A stretch of 64,000 nt of DNA from IMG/VR virus record IMGVR_UViG_2061766007_002263, one strand, 5' to 3'. Position numbers and translations under genes: made by a program. This document shows positions 27,856 to 37,003 of the stretch, in pieces (within the stretch, counting starts at the first letter, position 1; every line of letters begins with the position of its first letter). The DNA comes from a virus. Lineage: Duplodnaviria > Caudoviricetes. Below the pieces are notes generated by a model. That model had not been told where the DNA came from, did no database searches, and saw nothing but the letters and a program-made list of their open reading frames with translations.

Positions 27856-29232
27856 ATGGCTTACACAATTACAGAAGATGACGAATTCGCTGAATTCGCG
27901 AAACGTGCGGAAGAAGAGGCTAACAACTCTGGCTCAAAGGGAAGTTTTTCCAAAAGCTATGACCCCATTAAATGGGTAGGTCTTGAGTCGAAGGCGAAGA
28001 TTTTCCGTATTGTTGGTGGTGCTCCTGCTTCCATGAAGCCCGGCTCACATTCTAAACCAACGGACGCACATGAGATTTTCGTATCAAGAATTCTTGATGA
28101 TAACGGAAATAGGATGAAGCTCAAGCTTCCACTTCATGCTGAAGACCCTGCTCATGAGCATATCATGTGGCGTATCATAAATAAAGTCAATGAGGTTCTT
28201 TGGGTAAAAGACCCGGTAACAGGTAAATCCGATAAGAAGTACAAGTATGCTGACAGACCTTGGTTTGAGAAAGTTAACAAAGGCGGATACGCTCCTACAG
28301 ACCAGGCATATCAGTATTCAAAAGGCTGGAAAGGTCAGCAGGTCATCATAATGAACGTTATTGACCGTGAGGACAATTGGTGTAAGGAAAACAAGCATAC
28401 AAAGCTTCTTTCCAAGAAAATCAATGTCAGTACAGACGGCACAGAATACCCAGAGGACGGAGTTCCGTCATTTGGATTCTGCAATGAGCTTTCCAAGATT
28501 GTAACTACATACGGTTCATGGGAAAGATACGACGTTCAGATTCGCCGTACTGGTCAGAAGACTTCACCTATCGAAGTAAAGGCCGCATCTATTTTCAAGA
28601 AAAGCGGACTCATCGTTGAGATTGACAAGGACAAGGCAAAATATGTTCTTGATAATGATACTCTTACTCCTGAGGAACTTGAGTACGAGAGATATGATAT
28701 CTCGAAGTTCTTTGCTCCGACAACTTACCAGAAGATTCTGAGCAAGCTCGGAAATACTATCAAGGGTATTGACGCAGACCTTCGTACAAATTTCTATAAT
28801 GAGCTTCAGGCTCTGGCTGAAAAGGAAAAGAAAGAGTTCGACGAGATTTACGGAAATACTGCGGAAACGGCAGATGAAGGGGCTCAGGCTACGGACGTTC
28901 CTGTAGCTCAGGTTACGGCTGCTCCGGTTGCCGAAACGCCGGTTGCGTCAAGAACTGTCGTTCGTGAAGCGGCTCCTGCAAGAGCCACAGGTCTTACGTC
29001 AGATAAGATTGCCCTTCTTAAGGGATGGAATGCTCTTACTGACGAGGAAAAAGCGGCTATCGTGGACGTAGTAAAAAATCCTGACGGTACTCTTAACGAG
29101 GTTATTTATCGTGAAGGCGAAACTACGGTAACATGTCCTACTACACAGCCACTCAAGAGCGGCAACCTTGGATGTGGATTTCCTTCACCAGAATGGTTCA
29201 CAAGATGTCCTGTCTGTGGTGAGGAATACTAG
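27856..29232 (+). CDS. single-stranded DNA-binding protein (gp32-like) with C-terminal Zn ribbon
   Basis: IFRIVG, IIMNVIDRE, YDVQIRRTG pattern of gp32-like SSBs; Ala/Pro linker; strong RBS and highly biased codons. Confidence 0.6.
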   Translation: MAYTITEDDEFAEFAKRAEEEANNSGSKGSFSKSYDPIKWVGLESKAKIFRIVGGAPASMKPGSHSKPTDAHEIFVSRILDDNGNRMKLKLPLHAEDPAHEHIMWRIINKVNEVLWVKDPVTGKSDKKYKYADRPWFEKVNKGGYAPTDQAYQYSKGWKGQQVIIMNVIDREDNWCKENKHTKLLSKKINVSTDGTEYPEDGVPSFGFCNELSKIVTTYGSWERYDVQIRRTGQKTSPIEVKAASIFKKSGLIVEIDKDKAKYVLDNDTLTPEELEYERYDISKFFAPTTYQKILSKLGNTIKGIDADLRTNFYNELQALAEKEKKEFDEIYGNTAETADEGAQATDVPVAQVTAAPVAETPVASRTVVREAAPARATGLTSDKIALLKGWNALTDEEKAAIVDVVKNPDGTLNEVIYREGETTVTCPTTQPLKSGNLGCGFPSPEWFTRCPVCGEEY

Positions 29233-29288
29233 TCAGTTCTAATGCCCTAATTTTCAGACATTGCAAGGGGCATTAAGTACTATACATT

Positions 29289-29318
29289 GGCGGCTCCATT
29301 TGGAGCCGTCTTTTTTTT
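29289..29318 (+). terminator. intrinsic terminator
   Basis: GGCGGCTCCA/TGGAGCCGTC followed by T8. Confidence 0.85.
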
Positions 29319-29339
29319 GTAGCAGGTTAATATTTATAT

Positions 29340-29759
29340 ATGAAAAATAATGATATGTACATTTCTAATATTGGCGAGGGGGTGGAGAGTTCGCTCGTCG
29401 CGGTAAGAAGTACCGAGATTAAGGAAATGGTTGAGATTTCAATACAGAATAGTAAAAAAATCACCACAGAATCTCCGATTTGTTTAATATCATCAGACAA
29501 GGATTTCAAACGATTTTTGAATAAACTCCAGAAAGAAATATCTTCTCATTCTACTCCGGAATTATATACAGTAGCAACATTGTATTGTTTGTCTGGTTGT
29601 GAAATTCTGAGGGTAATAAAAGTAGATAATGACAGCTTTGATGTCTTGATGTACTATAATTACCGTAGAAAACGAACCAGAAAATGCAAGGATTATGTGA
29701 ATTTGAGGGTGGCCGATTTGGACAAGTTTATACAGGGAACAGGAACTAAAGTCTCTTAG
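29340..29759 (+). CDS. hypothetical protein
   Basis: 139-aa ORF; TTAATAT ends 6 nt before the ATG. Confidence 0.55.
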   Translation: MKNNDMYISNIGEGVESSLVAVRSTEIKEMVEISIQNSKKITTESPICLISSDKDFKRFLNKLQKEISSHSTPELYTVATLYCLSGCEILRVIKVDNDSFDVLMYYNYRRKRTRKCKDYVNLRVADLDKFIQGTGTKVS

Positions 29760-29830
29760 GAGAGGATGATGTTCATAAAAATTTCAAAACATAAAATGTC
29801 GTTTTTTATTTAAAAAAAACGAAAAAAAAC

Positions 29831-30781
29831 ATGAGGGAATTAATCTTGAAAGAATCTAACTACATGAAGTACTGCAAGGGAAATCTAAAAAATGCAAACA
29901 AATCTTGGGCAAACGGTAATCCGCTTATAATGCCTAGAATGGTGAGGGGCGACATTGATGATGCCCCACCAAGTGACCCGGCATGGCTTGGATGGAATAT
30001 CCGCCGTCAAGGAAGTCATATTTATTTTTATGAGGAAATCAATTGTGTTACTCAGTTAATTCTTGAGGTAATGCTAAGGGATGCGGTCAAGGATGTTCTT
30101 ACGTCGCATGTAATTTCCGGTGGTGATACGCCGGAGCCGGTAACTATTCATGTCAATTCGCCGGGTGGAGAGATGTTCAGTGGTTTTGCGTTGTATGATT
30201 ACATCAAGACAAGTCAGATTCCGATAGTCTGTCTTGTGGAAGGGCTATGTGCGTCCGCCGCGACGCTTATTATGCTCGCATGTCAGCATCGTATCATGTC
30301 ACCGAATAGTTCGTTTCTTATGCATCAGTGCTCATGGGGGGCATACGGCGATAACCGCCTTATGCAGGATTTGGCTGGGAATGCCAATAAAGACATGAAA
30401 CGCCTTCGTAAAATTTATATGACAGAAACAAAAATCGGAAGCGAGTTTACAGACCCTGTTGAGCGCGAGAAATATGTCCAGCATCTTTTGGAACATGATT
30501 TTGAATTTGATGCGGAAGAATGCGAGAAGTTTGGAATTTGTACGCCTTGCGAGGATGACGACGGAGATGTTGAGCTTTCCGAAGAGCGCGTAAAGAAGCT
30601 TCAGGATTTCATAAAGAAACTTGCCGAAGAACAGCAGAAAGAGAACGATAAAAAAGAGTCCGAAGAAAAAGCTAAAGCGGAAAAAGCCGCCAAAAAAGAA
30701 AATAAGCTTACGAAAAAAATCTCGGAAAAAGCCGCCAAGGTTGAAAAGAAAGAAAAGGCAGATAAGAAGAAAAAGGAATAA
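29831..30781 (+). CDS. clpP: ClpP-family serine protease
   Basis: IHVNSPGG, GLCASAAT (catalytic Ser), FLMHQ (His); Lys/Glu-rich C-terminal tail. Confidence 0.88.
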   Translation: MRELILKESNYMKYCKGNLKNANKSWANGNPLIMPRMVRGDIDDAPPSDPAWLGWNIRRQGSHIYFYEEINCVTQLILEVMLRDAVKDVLTSHVISGGDTPEPVTIHVNSPGGEMFSGFALYDYIKTSQIPIVCLVEGLCASAATLIMLACQHRIMSPNSSFLMHQCSWGAYGDNRLMQDLAGNANKDMKRLRKIYMTETKIGSEFTDPVEREKYVQHLLEHDFEFDAEECEKFGICTPCEDDDGDVELSEERVKKLQDFIKKLAEEQQKENDKKESEEKAKAEKAAKKENKLTKKISEKAAKVEKKEKADKKKKE

Positions 30782-30799
30782 TATAAATTTATGTTTATA

Positions 30800-30828
30800 A
30801 AAAAAGCCAGTCAAAGACTGGCTTTTTT
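30800..30828. terminator. bidirectional terminator
   Basis: AAAAAAGCCAGTC-AAA-GACTGGCTTTTTT between convergent genes. Confidence 0.85.
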
Positions 30829-30830
30829 AG

Positions 30831-31787
30831 TTATGAAATAGTTCCGAAATGAAACTTCTGTTTGGAGCTGGGGTTGCGCCCTAAAGTCGTTTCTATAAGT
30901 GTGTTGTAGCTTGGGTTGTCTGGATGGTACTGTATGTATTTTGTAACGTCGTCACAACGGCACTTTATGAGCCGCAGATTGTTTTTGAAGGCATCAAGCG
31001 CGTCGTCGGAAACAGAAATAAGCGTCAGGATATCCTCTATATGAGATTTTTCTGTTTTTTCCATGAGCTCAAGCTTCTTTGAGTTGTTCATAACGTCATA
31101 CACTTGTTCCAGTGTTGTGTTGGCTTTAGAAAGCTCTTTTATCAACGCTTTTATGAACTTTGTGGAATCTTTGTAGATTCGATTTTTAATTGTAAGTACT
31201 GGTTCTATGCAATCCGCGGGGTCGCCGAATATGGCTTTGTCAAGTGTGATTGCGGTTACTGTAGGAAAATATCCTTTTTCCTCGAAGAATGCATTCCTTG
31301 TATATGGATTGTCAAATCCTTCATTTATCATATGAACTCTGTCCGAAATGTATCTTGCCCAGTCCATGTCATTCGAAACTAAAGCTATCATTCCGGTACT
31401 CTCAAGATTTACCAATCCTTCTACAAAATCATCAGCCTCCATATGATTTGAGATTACAATTCTGTAATCCGGTCCTCGATACGTATAATACTTTTTCAGC
31501 AGTTTAAGTGCTTCCAATATGATTGGCTCATGCGTTCTGTTGGATTTGTAGTCCTTGCTTATTTTTTTGCGGTCTGTGCTGAACTTGAAGTTTTTGGACA
31601 TACCGAGGTCACTTTTTGGCAAGGGGTCAAAAGCAAGATAAATCTTTCCGTCTGGTTCAAGCCGTTGCTTAATTTCTTCCTCGATAAAGTCTATGACATT
31701 GTTCGCTATCCTTTTTGAGTCAAAAAGATTCGCTCTTTTTTTATACGTCAGATTGAACATGTCAATTATAAACGTCTTATAAGTCAA
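30831..31787 (-). CDS. 5'-3' exonuclease / flap endonuclease (T4 RNase H-like)
   Basis: IID..N, AFD, RK....YKSNR, EADD, SNDMD, GDPAD. Confidence 0.88.
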   Translation of the reverse strand: MTYKTFIIDMFNLTYKKRANLFDSKRIANNVIDFIEEEIKQRLEPDGKIYLAFDPLPKSDLGMSKNFKFSTDRKKISKDYKSNRTHEPIILEALKLLKKYYTYRGPDYRIVISNHMEADDFVEGLVNLESTGMIALVSNDMDWARYISDRVHMINEGFDNPYTRNAFFEEKGYFPTVTAITLDKAIFGDPADCIEPVLTIKNRIYKDSTKFIKALIKELSKANTTLEQVYDVMNNSKKLELMEKTEKSHIEDILTLISVSDDALDAFKNNLRLIKCRCDDVTKYIQYHPDNPSYNTLIETTLGRNPSSKQKFHFGTIS

Positions 31788-31861
31788 TTGTAAAAATACC
31801 TCCGGGTTTTTCTTGTAAAAAAAATATTAAAAAATCACTAAATTTTTGTATAGTATTTTTG

Positions 31862-32023
31862 CTATTCAACCATTCTTTTAAGCGTTCTATAGCATCCAGG
31901 ATTATTCTTGTCTTCGATGATTCTTACGGCTTTGTTTTTTCTCGCCTCGTCAAGCTGTTCCAGTGAAACTATGCTGCCATCAAGCGTTATAACTACTTTA
32001 GATTCATTAAGCTCTTTATCCAT
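31862..32023 (-). CDS. small hypothetical protein (53 aa)
   Basis: Not in the ORF track. AGGAGG RBS, GCTAAAT motif at 32067-32073; MDKELNESKVVITLDGSIVSLEQLDEARKNKAVRIIEDKNNPGCYRTLKRMVE. Confidence 0.75.
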   Translation of the reverse strand: MDKELNESKVVITLDGSIVSLEQLDEARKNKAVRIIEDKNNPGCYRTLKRMVE

Positions 32024-32165
32024 TTTATAGAAATCCTCCTTAGATTCTTTTAATAATAAACTGTATATTTAGCTGAGACATAGAAAAAACAATCTAATTT
32101 TTTAGAAAAATTTCAAAGTTTTTTGCTAGTACCACTAAATATAAAAAGATAATAGAACAGGAGAA

Positions 32166-32783
32166 TTGTCTATGTTTTTAAATACAGATTCTAATACCAA
32201 CGATATAGAAGGCTTTCTTAAATCATTGAACTTCCTACCGCCTGAAGGACAGTCCTTGAAGTATTTTATTGTTCCGATTGGACAGAACAATGACAATATC
32301 GCCAAGGTAGCAAGCTCAAGCGGATTCGAGCCATTGGCTAATACAAATCAGATTAAAGGCGTTACGGATAACATCGTTTATTCAAAAAGAGACCTTAAAG
32401 GCAAGCAGTCTGTTTCCAAGCCGAATTTTGACCCTACCGCAATACCGGATACTTTCCCTATTACTAAAGAAATCAACGTTCCTACTACGGCAACCGGTAA
32501 TAACATGAACACACAGGTAGAAAATAATATGAAGACAGACGTTCTCATTTCTGGTGGTGCTATTCTTCCACCCGGTTCAGGAGTAAAAACAGTCAAACCA
32601 GACGCGAATATAACGCCTATTCACGTGGGAAATATGCCAAAGCCGGTTATGGACCCAAGGGAATCACAGCAAAACAAAGCTATGACTGTGATTGAGTCTA
32701 CTGAAAGAAACTTCGATTTTATCCTTAACGAGAGCGTTGATATATTCCCTGTTAACACTCTGTTCCATTTCAAGAAGGACTAA
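32166..32783 (+). CDS. hypothetical protein
   Basis: 205-aa ORF; AGGAG RBS; ACTAAAT at 32134. Confidence 0.7.
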   Translation: MSMFLNTDSNTNDIEGFLKSLNFLPPEGQSLKYFIVPIGQNNDNIAKVASSSGFEPLANTNQIKGVTDNIVYSKRDLKGKQSVSKPNFDPTAIPDTFPITKEINVPTTATGNNMNTQVENNMKTDVLISGGAILPPGSGVKTVKPDANITPIHVGNMPKPVMDPRESQQNKAMTVIESTERNFDFILNESVDIFPVNTLFHFKKD

Positions 32784-32795
32784 GATTAGCGATAT

Positions 32796-33257
32796 ATGAC
32801 TTATGAATCAATCAACGCCGAAGACGTAAAAACAATTGAGGCAATACAACGTCGTATAGACTCAACTATAGAGATTTTGAGCTCTGATTTGAAGTTTCTT
32901 TTGGACACTCTTCAAGATTACAAGAACACCACAAAAACTATGACAACTGCCGCTTTAGGAGAAACAAACATTCTTTTGAAATATAGTAGCGGACATGACG
33001 ATTCGGCGTATAATCTTCCGGGTGTTTTTGCTCCGAGCGTTTCAACATATGATATCGCCGAGATGCGTGGTGATAACGAGAAGCTTAAGGAGCTTCAGAA
33101 GAATCATCAGACGATGGATTCCAAGAGGAGTACATTGTACAGCATGATTTCTGGAACATATAATGAAGTAAGGACTCGGCTCAATCTTTTGGCTGTAGAT
33201 AACCAGACCTTAGTTTCCAAGATAGAAAGCCTTAAAGACTTGAATGATTCAGAATAA
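32796..33257 (+). CDS. hypothetical coiled-coil protein
   Basis: 153-aa ORF directly after the previous gene. Confidence 0.65.
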   Translation: MTYESINAEDVKTIEAIQRRIDSTIEILSSDLKFLLDTLQDYKNTTKTMTTAALGETNILLKYSSGHDDSAYNLPGVFAPSVSTYDIAEMRGDNEKLKELQKNHQTMDSKRSTLYSMISGTYNEVRTRLNLLAVDNQTLVSKIESLKDLNDSE

Positions 33258-33277
33258 TTCGTTGAAAAAAAAATATG

Positions 33278-33310
33278 AAAAAACCCCGGAAAAATCCGGG
33301 GCTTTTTTTT
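33278..33310. terminator. bidirectional terminator
   Basis: CCCCGGA-AAAA-TCCGGGG flanked by A- and T-tracts between convergent genes. Confidence 0.8.
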
Positions 33311-33653
33311 ATTCTATAATTTCTTTTGGCTTTATTTCCACTTCCTCTAACGGAATTGTTTTAGTCTCACCATTTTCGGTATTACTTACCGTTACGGATA
33401 TCTTACCGATTGTACCGTCTTGCTGGAACTTCATGTAAAGTTCATTGAGGCAAGCTATGCAGAAAAGGTTATGGTTATCAAACGCCGTTTTCTTTTCGTG
33501 TTCTTGGATTGTAGAATAACGGATATAAAATGCTCCGTTATTTATTATACCATGCTTAGAGCATACAATATTCACTTGTTCATTTGAATCAATTTTTTCA
33601 ACTTTTACCTGGCTTTCAGCCTTTTCTTCCGTAGGGTCTTTTTCATTAATCAT
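33309..33653 (-). CDS. hypothetical protein with possible Zn site
   Basis: CSKHG and CIAC; ATGA overlap with upstream gene. Confidence 0.65.
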   Translation of the reverse strand: MINEKDPTEEKAESQVKVEKIDSNEQVNIVCSKHGIINNGAFYIRYSTIQEHEKKTAFDNHNLFCIACLNELYMKFQQDGTIGKISVTVSNTENGETKTIPLEEVEIKPKEIIE

Positions 33654-33979
33654 AGAAATTTTATCTCCTCTTTGTTAACTAACAAGTTGTTTCCTAAATC
33701 ACCGGAACCATGAGTCATTAAATGACGATAAGCATCGGGTGAAACTTTCTGTATTTTATAATTATTCTTTTCAGCGAACTCTTCTGTTTCTTTGTTCCCC
33801 TTCTCGATGAGCTTACGGCAATACGAATCGAGTACAACAGTAGAAATTATAAATGCGCTGAACAAGGCTCCGATAATTATTGTTACTACAGGGCATATCC
33901 ATACCATGGGGATTCCTGATGCCAATACGGATATTCCGATAATTATGAACAGCTTTTTTCCGAAATCAGTCAGGTGCAT
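33650..33979 (-). CDS. membrane protein (two TM helices)
   Basis: Hydrophobic residues 9-50. Confidence 0.65.
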   Translation of the reverse strand: MHLTDFGKKLFIIIGISVLASGIPMVWICPVVTIIIGALFSAFIISTVVLDSYCRKLIEKGNKETEEFAEKNNYKIQKVSPDAYRHLMTHGSGDLGNNLLVNKEEIKFL

Positions 33980-33984
33980 AGCGG

Positions 33985-34272
33985 CTACTCTTTGTCCTCT
34001 GTTTCGAGCGTTCCGATAATGATTTCTTGTACCGCTCCTTTAGCTACAGCCTCATTTACTTCGTTTTTTTCTGTAACCGCGTCTTTTGGAAGGTCACCTG
34101 CTTTTACAAGCTCTTTTATGAACGTTCCAAGATACTTTGTAGCTTGAGCGGGCTCGTCGAATACAATCGGCGAGTATATCGGATAAGCAAGTGTTTCGCT
34201 GTGGAATCCTACGCGAATCTGCTTATTATAGATAACTATTGGCTGGAACAATCTTCCGTCACTAATCATCAA
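33985..34272 (-). CDS. hypothetical protein
   Basis: 95-aa ORF overlapping the groEL stop; AAGGAG RBS. Confidence 0.65.
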   Translation of the reverse strand: MMISDGRLFQPIVIYNKQIRVGFHSETLAYPIYSPIVFDEPAQATKYLGTFIKELVKAGDLPKDAVTEKNEVNEAVAKGAVQEIIIGTLETEDKE

Positions 34273-35932
34273 AGATACTCCTTTCTTGGTCTATGACAGC
34301 ATCATTTGCTTTTACGTGGCAATTCATTGCGTCGCTGGTTATTACGCAGTCTGTCGTAACGAATGTACCGGCAAGTGACGTTGAATATTGTATAGCAAGT
34401 ATCTCGACTTTAACCGGGTCGATAATACCGGCATTATACATGTCGTCACAAAGTTCCTCGGTTTTCGCGTTATAACCGAAATTCGGATTCTTGGATTCTT
34501 TTATTTTCTCCGACCAGTATCCTGGGTCTTTTCCGGTGGACTCGATTATAAGCCTTGCGGGGCTTTCCATTACTTTCAAAAACTTCTGATATCCTACTTC
34601 CTGTGTCGGATTATCGAGAGGAACATGATTGTCTTTAGCCTCTTTTGTAGCATGCAGAAGCCCCGCACCACCACCTGCAAGTATACCGTTGTTTATTGCG
34701 GTATATACAGAGTTCACGGCATCCTCATAGCGGTCTTTCTTCTCTTTTACTTCGGCATCAGTAAAGCCTCCGACCCAGATTACCGCAACGCCGCCTGAAA
34801 GCGAAGCTATACGTTCATTAAGATATCTTATCTCATATTCAGACATTGCCTCTTCGTCGGAACCGTCGGTTCCTCTTGTAATCTTGTCTTTTATGCTTTT
34901 TATATGATTATCGATATCCTCTTGATTTCCTTTTCCTCCGAGAATGTTCATCTTTTTCGGTGTAGCCGTGAAGTTTTCTGACGAGCCAAAATATGACGCA
35001 TTGAAAGTATCTATGGATTTTCCAAGCTTGCCTTCTACGATTGTCGCGCCGGTTACTTTGGCGATGTCCACGAGATTGTCGTCCATAGCTTCCTTTGACG
35101 CTCCGGCAGGACCGACCATTACGGCGCTGAATCTGTTACTACTTACATTATCGATAAACACAGAAATAAAATCGTCTGAGTATGACGGAGCTACGATTAC
35201 CAAGTCGCCTTTTGCCAATGAAAAAATAGGCTGGATGTCTTTAAGTGATTCCAGTTTTTTTCCATATACAAAATATGACGGATTGGTATATCTAACGGTA
35301 TTATTATCGGAGTTTACGCTGCAGGAAGAAAGGTATCCACGATTTACCTCGAATCCGGATGAGTATGTGACGCTGGTTTCGCCTTTACGGTTTTTTGCCG
35401 CGTCAACACATACAACACCGTCTTCGCCTACTTGTACGAAAGCGTCTTTTATTATGTTGCCTATTTCCGAATCATTGTTGGCGGATATAGTGGCTACTTT
35501 GAGTATGTCTTCCTCAGACTCTATTGATTTTTTGTTTTTCTCAAGGATTTCTATAACGTCTTTCGCGGCTTTTTGGAATCCACGTTTGATATCAACGGAA
35601 TCAAAATCACGTTCGATTAGCTCGTTTCCCGCTTCGCATAGCTCTACTGAAAGAAGCGTAGTAGTGGTGGAGCCGTCGCCACATTCACCGTTCACTTTTC
35701 TAACACTGTCCTTAAGATAGCTTACTCCAAGGTTTTTATAGGGGTCAGTAAAATCAATGAAGTCAAGGACTGAAACTCCGTCCTTGGTTACTACCGGATG
35801 TATGGTTCCATTGTCGAGCATAACCGTATGTCCCTTCGGACCTAGTGTGCTCGTTACGGCTTTCTTTGCCTCAATCATTCCCGCCAGTACTTTGGAACGG
35901 GCATTGCTTTTGAATGTTATTATTTTACCCAT
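34262..35932 (-). CDS. groEL: phage chaperonin (GroEL-like)
   Basis: TLGPKG, VTKDGVSV, GDGSTT, ATISANND, KEKKDRYEDA, GGGAGL, GIIDPVKV. Confidence 0.93.
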   Translation of the reverse strand: MGKIITFKSNARSKVLAGMIEAKKAVTSTLGPKGHTVMLDNGTIHPVVTKDGVSVLDFIDFTDPYKNLGVSYLKDSVRKVNGECGDGSTTTTLLSVELCEAGNELIERDFDSVDIKRGFQKAAKDVIEILEKNKKSIESEEDILKVATISANNDSEIGNIIKDAFVQVGEDGVVCVDAAKNRKGETSVTYSSGFEVNRGYLSSCSVNSDNNTVRYTNPSYFVYGKKLESLKDIQPIFSLAKGDLVIVAPSYSDDFISVFIDNVSSNRFSAVMVGPAGASKEAMDDNLVDIAKVTGATIVEGKLGKSIDTFNASYFGSSENFTATPKKMNILGGKGNQEDIDNHIKSIKDKITRGTDGSDEEAMSEYEIRYLNERIASLSGGVAVIWVGGFTDAEVKEKKDRYEDAVNSVYTAINNGILAGGGAGLLHATKEAKDNHVPLDNPTQEVGYQKFLKVMESPARLIIESTGKDPGYWSEKIKESKNPNFGYNAKTEELCDDMYNAGIIDPVKVEILAIQYSTSLAGTFVTTDCVITSDAMNCHVKANDAVIDQERSIFDD

Positions 35933-35960
35933 TGTTTCTTATTAATACCTCCTGCTGCGT

Positions 35961-36203
35961 TCAAACTGAGATGTTGTCAGTAATGAACTCAATATATTCC
36001 TTATTTAATCCAGAATTATAAATCTTTCTCATAAGCTCCGGAAGCCTTTCAATAGTCGTTTTAAGCTCTGACGAAATGCTCAGCTCCTCAGGCTTGTTAT
36101 AGAAAGTAAATCTGTCCATTTCCGAGCCGTCGTCGTCGAGTATGAAGATAACGGTCATTTTCTCGTTCTCCGAGCTTGTGAAATTCGTAGTTTTTATCTT
36201 CAT
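35961..36203 (-). CDS. hypothetical protein
   Basis: 80-aa ORF with ATGA coupling to upstream gene. Confidence 0.6.
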   Translation of the reverse strand: MKIKTTNFTSSENEKMTVIFILDDDGSEMDRFTFYNKPEELSISSELKTTIERLPELMRKIYNSGLNKEYIEFITDNISV

Positions 36204-36493
36204 CTTGCTGTCCTGAACTGTGGTCGGTTATGTGTTTCCAATATCGCGGTAATGATACATTTGGTATTGGCATCGCATACAACCGTAATTAAAATGTCTC
36301 TGAGCTTAAATGTAAAGTACTCCGAGTATCTGCCTTTATTGTCCACTTTGCGGTGGGGCTCAGTATTCTCGCATATTGACAGTATCAGAGCCTTATCGTC
36401 CTCGCTTAAATGGATACCAGTGTTTTTTAATATATTATCCGGGAAAGATTTTATAAACCTATATGGATTATGATGCGTTTCGTATCTCACCAC
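36200..36493 (-). CDS. hypothetical protein
   Basis: 97-aa ORF in an operon-like array. Confidence 0.55.
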   Translation of the reverse strand: MVRYETHHNPYRFIKSFPDNILKNTGIHLSEDDKALILSICENTEPHRKVDNKGRYSEYFTFKLRDILITVVCDANTKCIITAILETHNRPQFRTAR

Positions 36494-36953
36494 TTTTTAG
36501 GAATCTCTCTACGTTGGCAGTATAAATTTTTTTCAAATCCGGGTCACTGGCTATTTCAAACCCCGTCGTTATACCTACGGAATACGCTATACGGACGATT
36601 GTGTTTATGCATTCTGTAAGTACTTGCTCATATCCTATGTTCAGCACATAGTCAGTGCAGTTGTTCATGATTTCCTTAAGCATTATGTCTACTAGTTTTT
36701 TTCCGGTTTCTGTGTTTTTAAAATGCGCCGGGAGGAACTTCGTTACTTCCTTGGATTTTTTAAGCAATGTTTCCCTTGAGACTCTGGTTCTTTCGGACAT
36801 ATTTGCCATTATGCCGTCGTTAAATGATTCTAGTAATGTGCTGGAAATTAACGGAACAATTATATTACGGTCAAGAGTTTCATTCACCATGTTTACGATG
36901 TTGTCTACACGGTTTTTAAAAGCCTTTGATTCAATAAAATCACTCGATGTCAT
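36468..36953 (-). CDS. hypothetical protein
   Basis: 161-aa ORF; GGAGG RBS; ACTAAAT at 36975-36981. Confidence 0.7.
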   Translation of the reverse strand: MTSSDFIESKAFKNRVDNIVNMVNETLDRNIIVPLISSTLLESFNDGIMANMSERTRVSRETLLKKSKEVTKFLPAHFKNTETGKKLVDIMLKEIMNNCTDYVLNIGYEQVLTECINTIVRIAYSVGITTGFEIASDPDLKKIYTANVERFLKSGEIRNAS

Positions 36954-37003
36954 TATAAATTAAAACCTCCGAATATTTAGTCTTCGGATTCAGAACTCAA
37001 AAA

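Noticed and set aside
27743-29265. Insertion sequence defined by the 11-bp inverted repeat
   Set aside because: The enclosed gene is SSB-like rather than a transposase, and no target-site duplication is evident.
33985-34272. GroES call based on size and position next to groEL
   Set aside because: No PL.DRV or GD.V motifs, so left as hypothetical.
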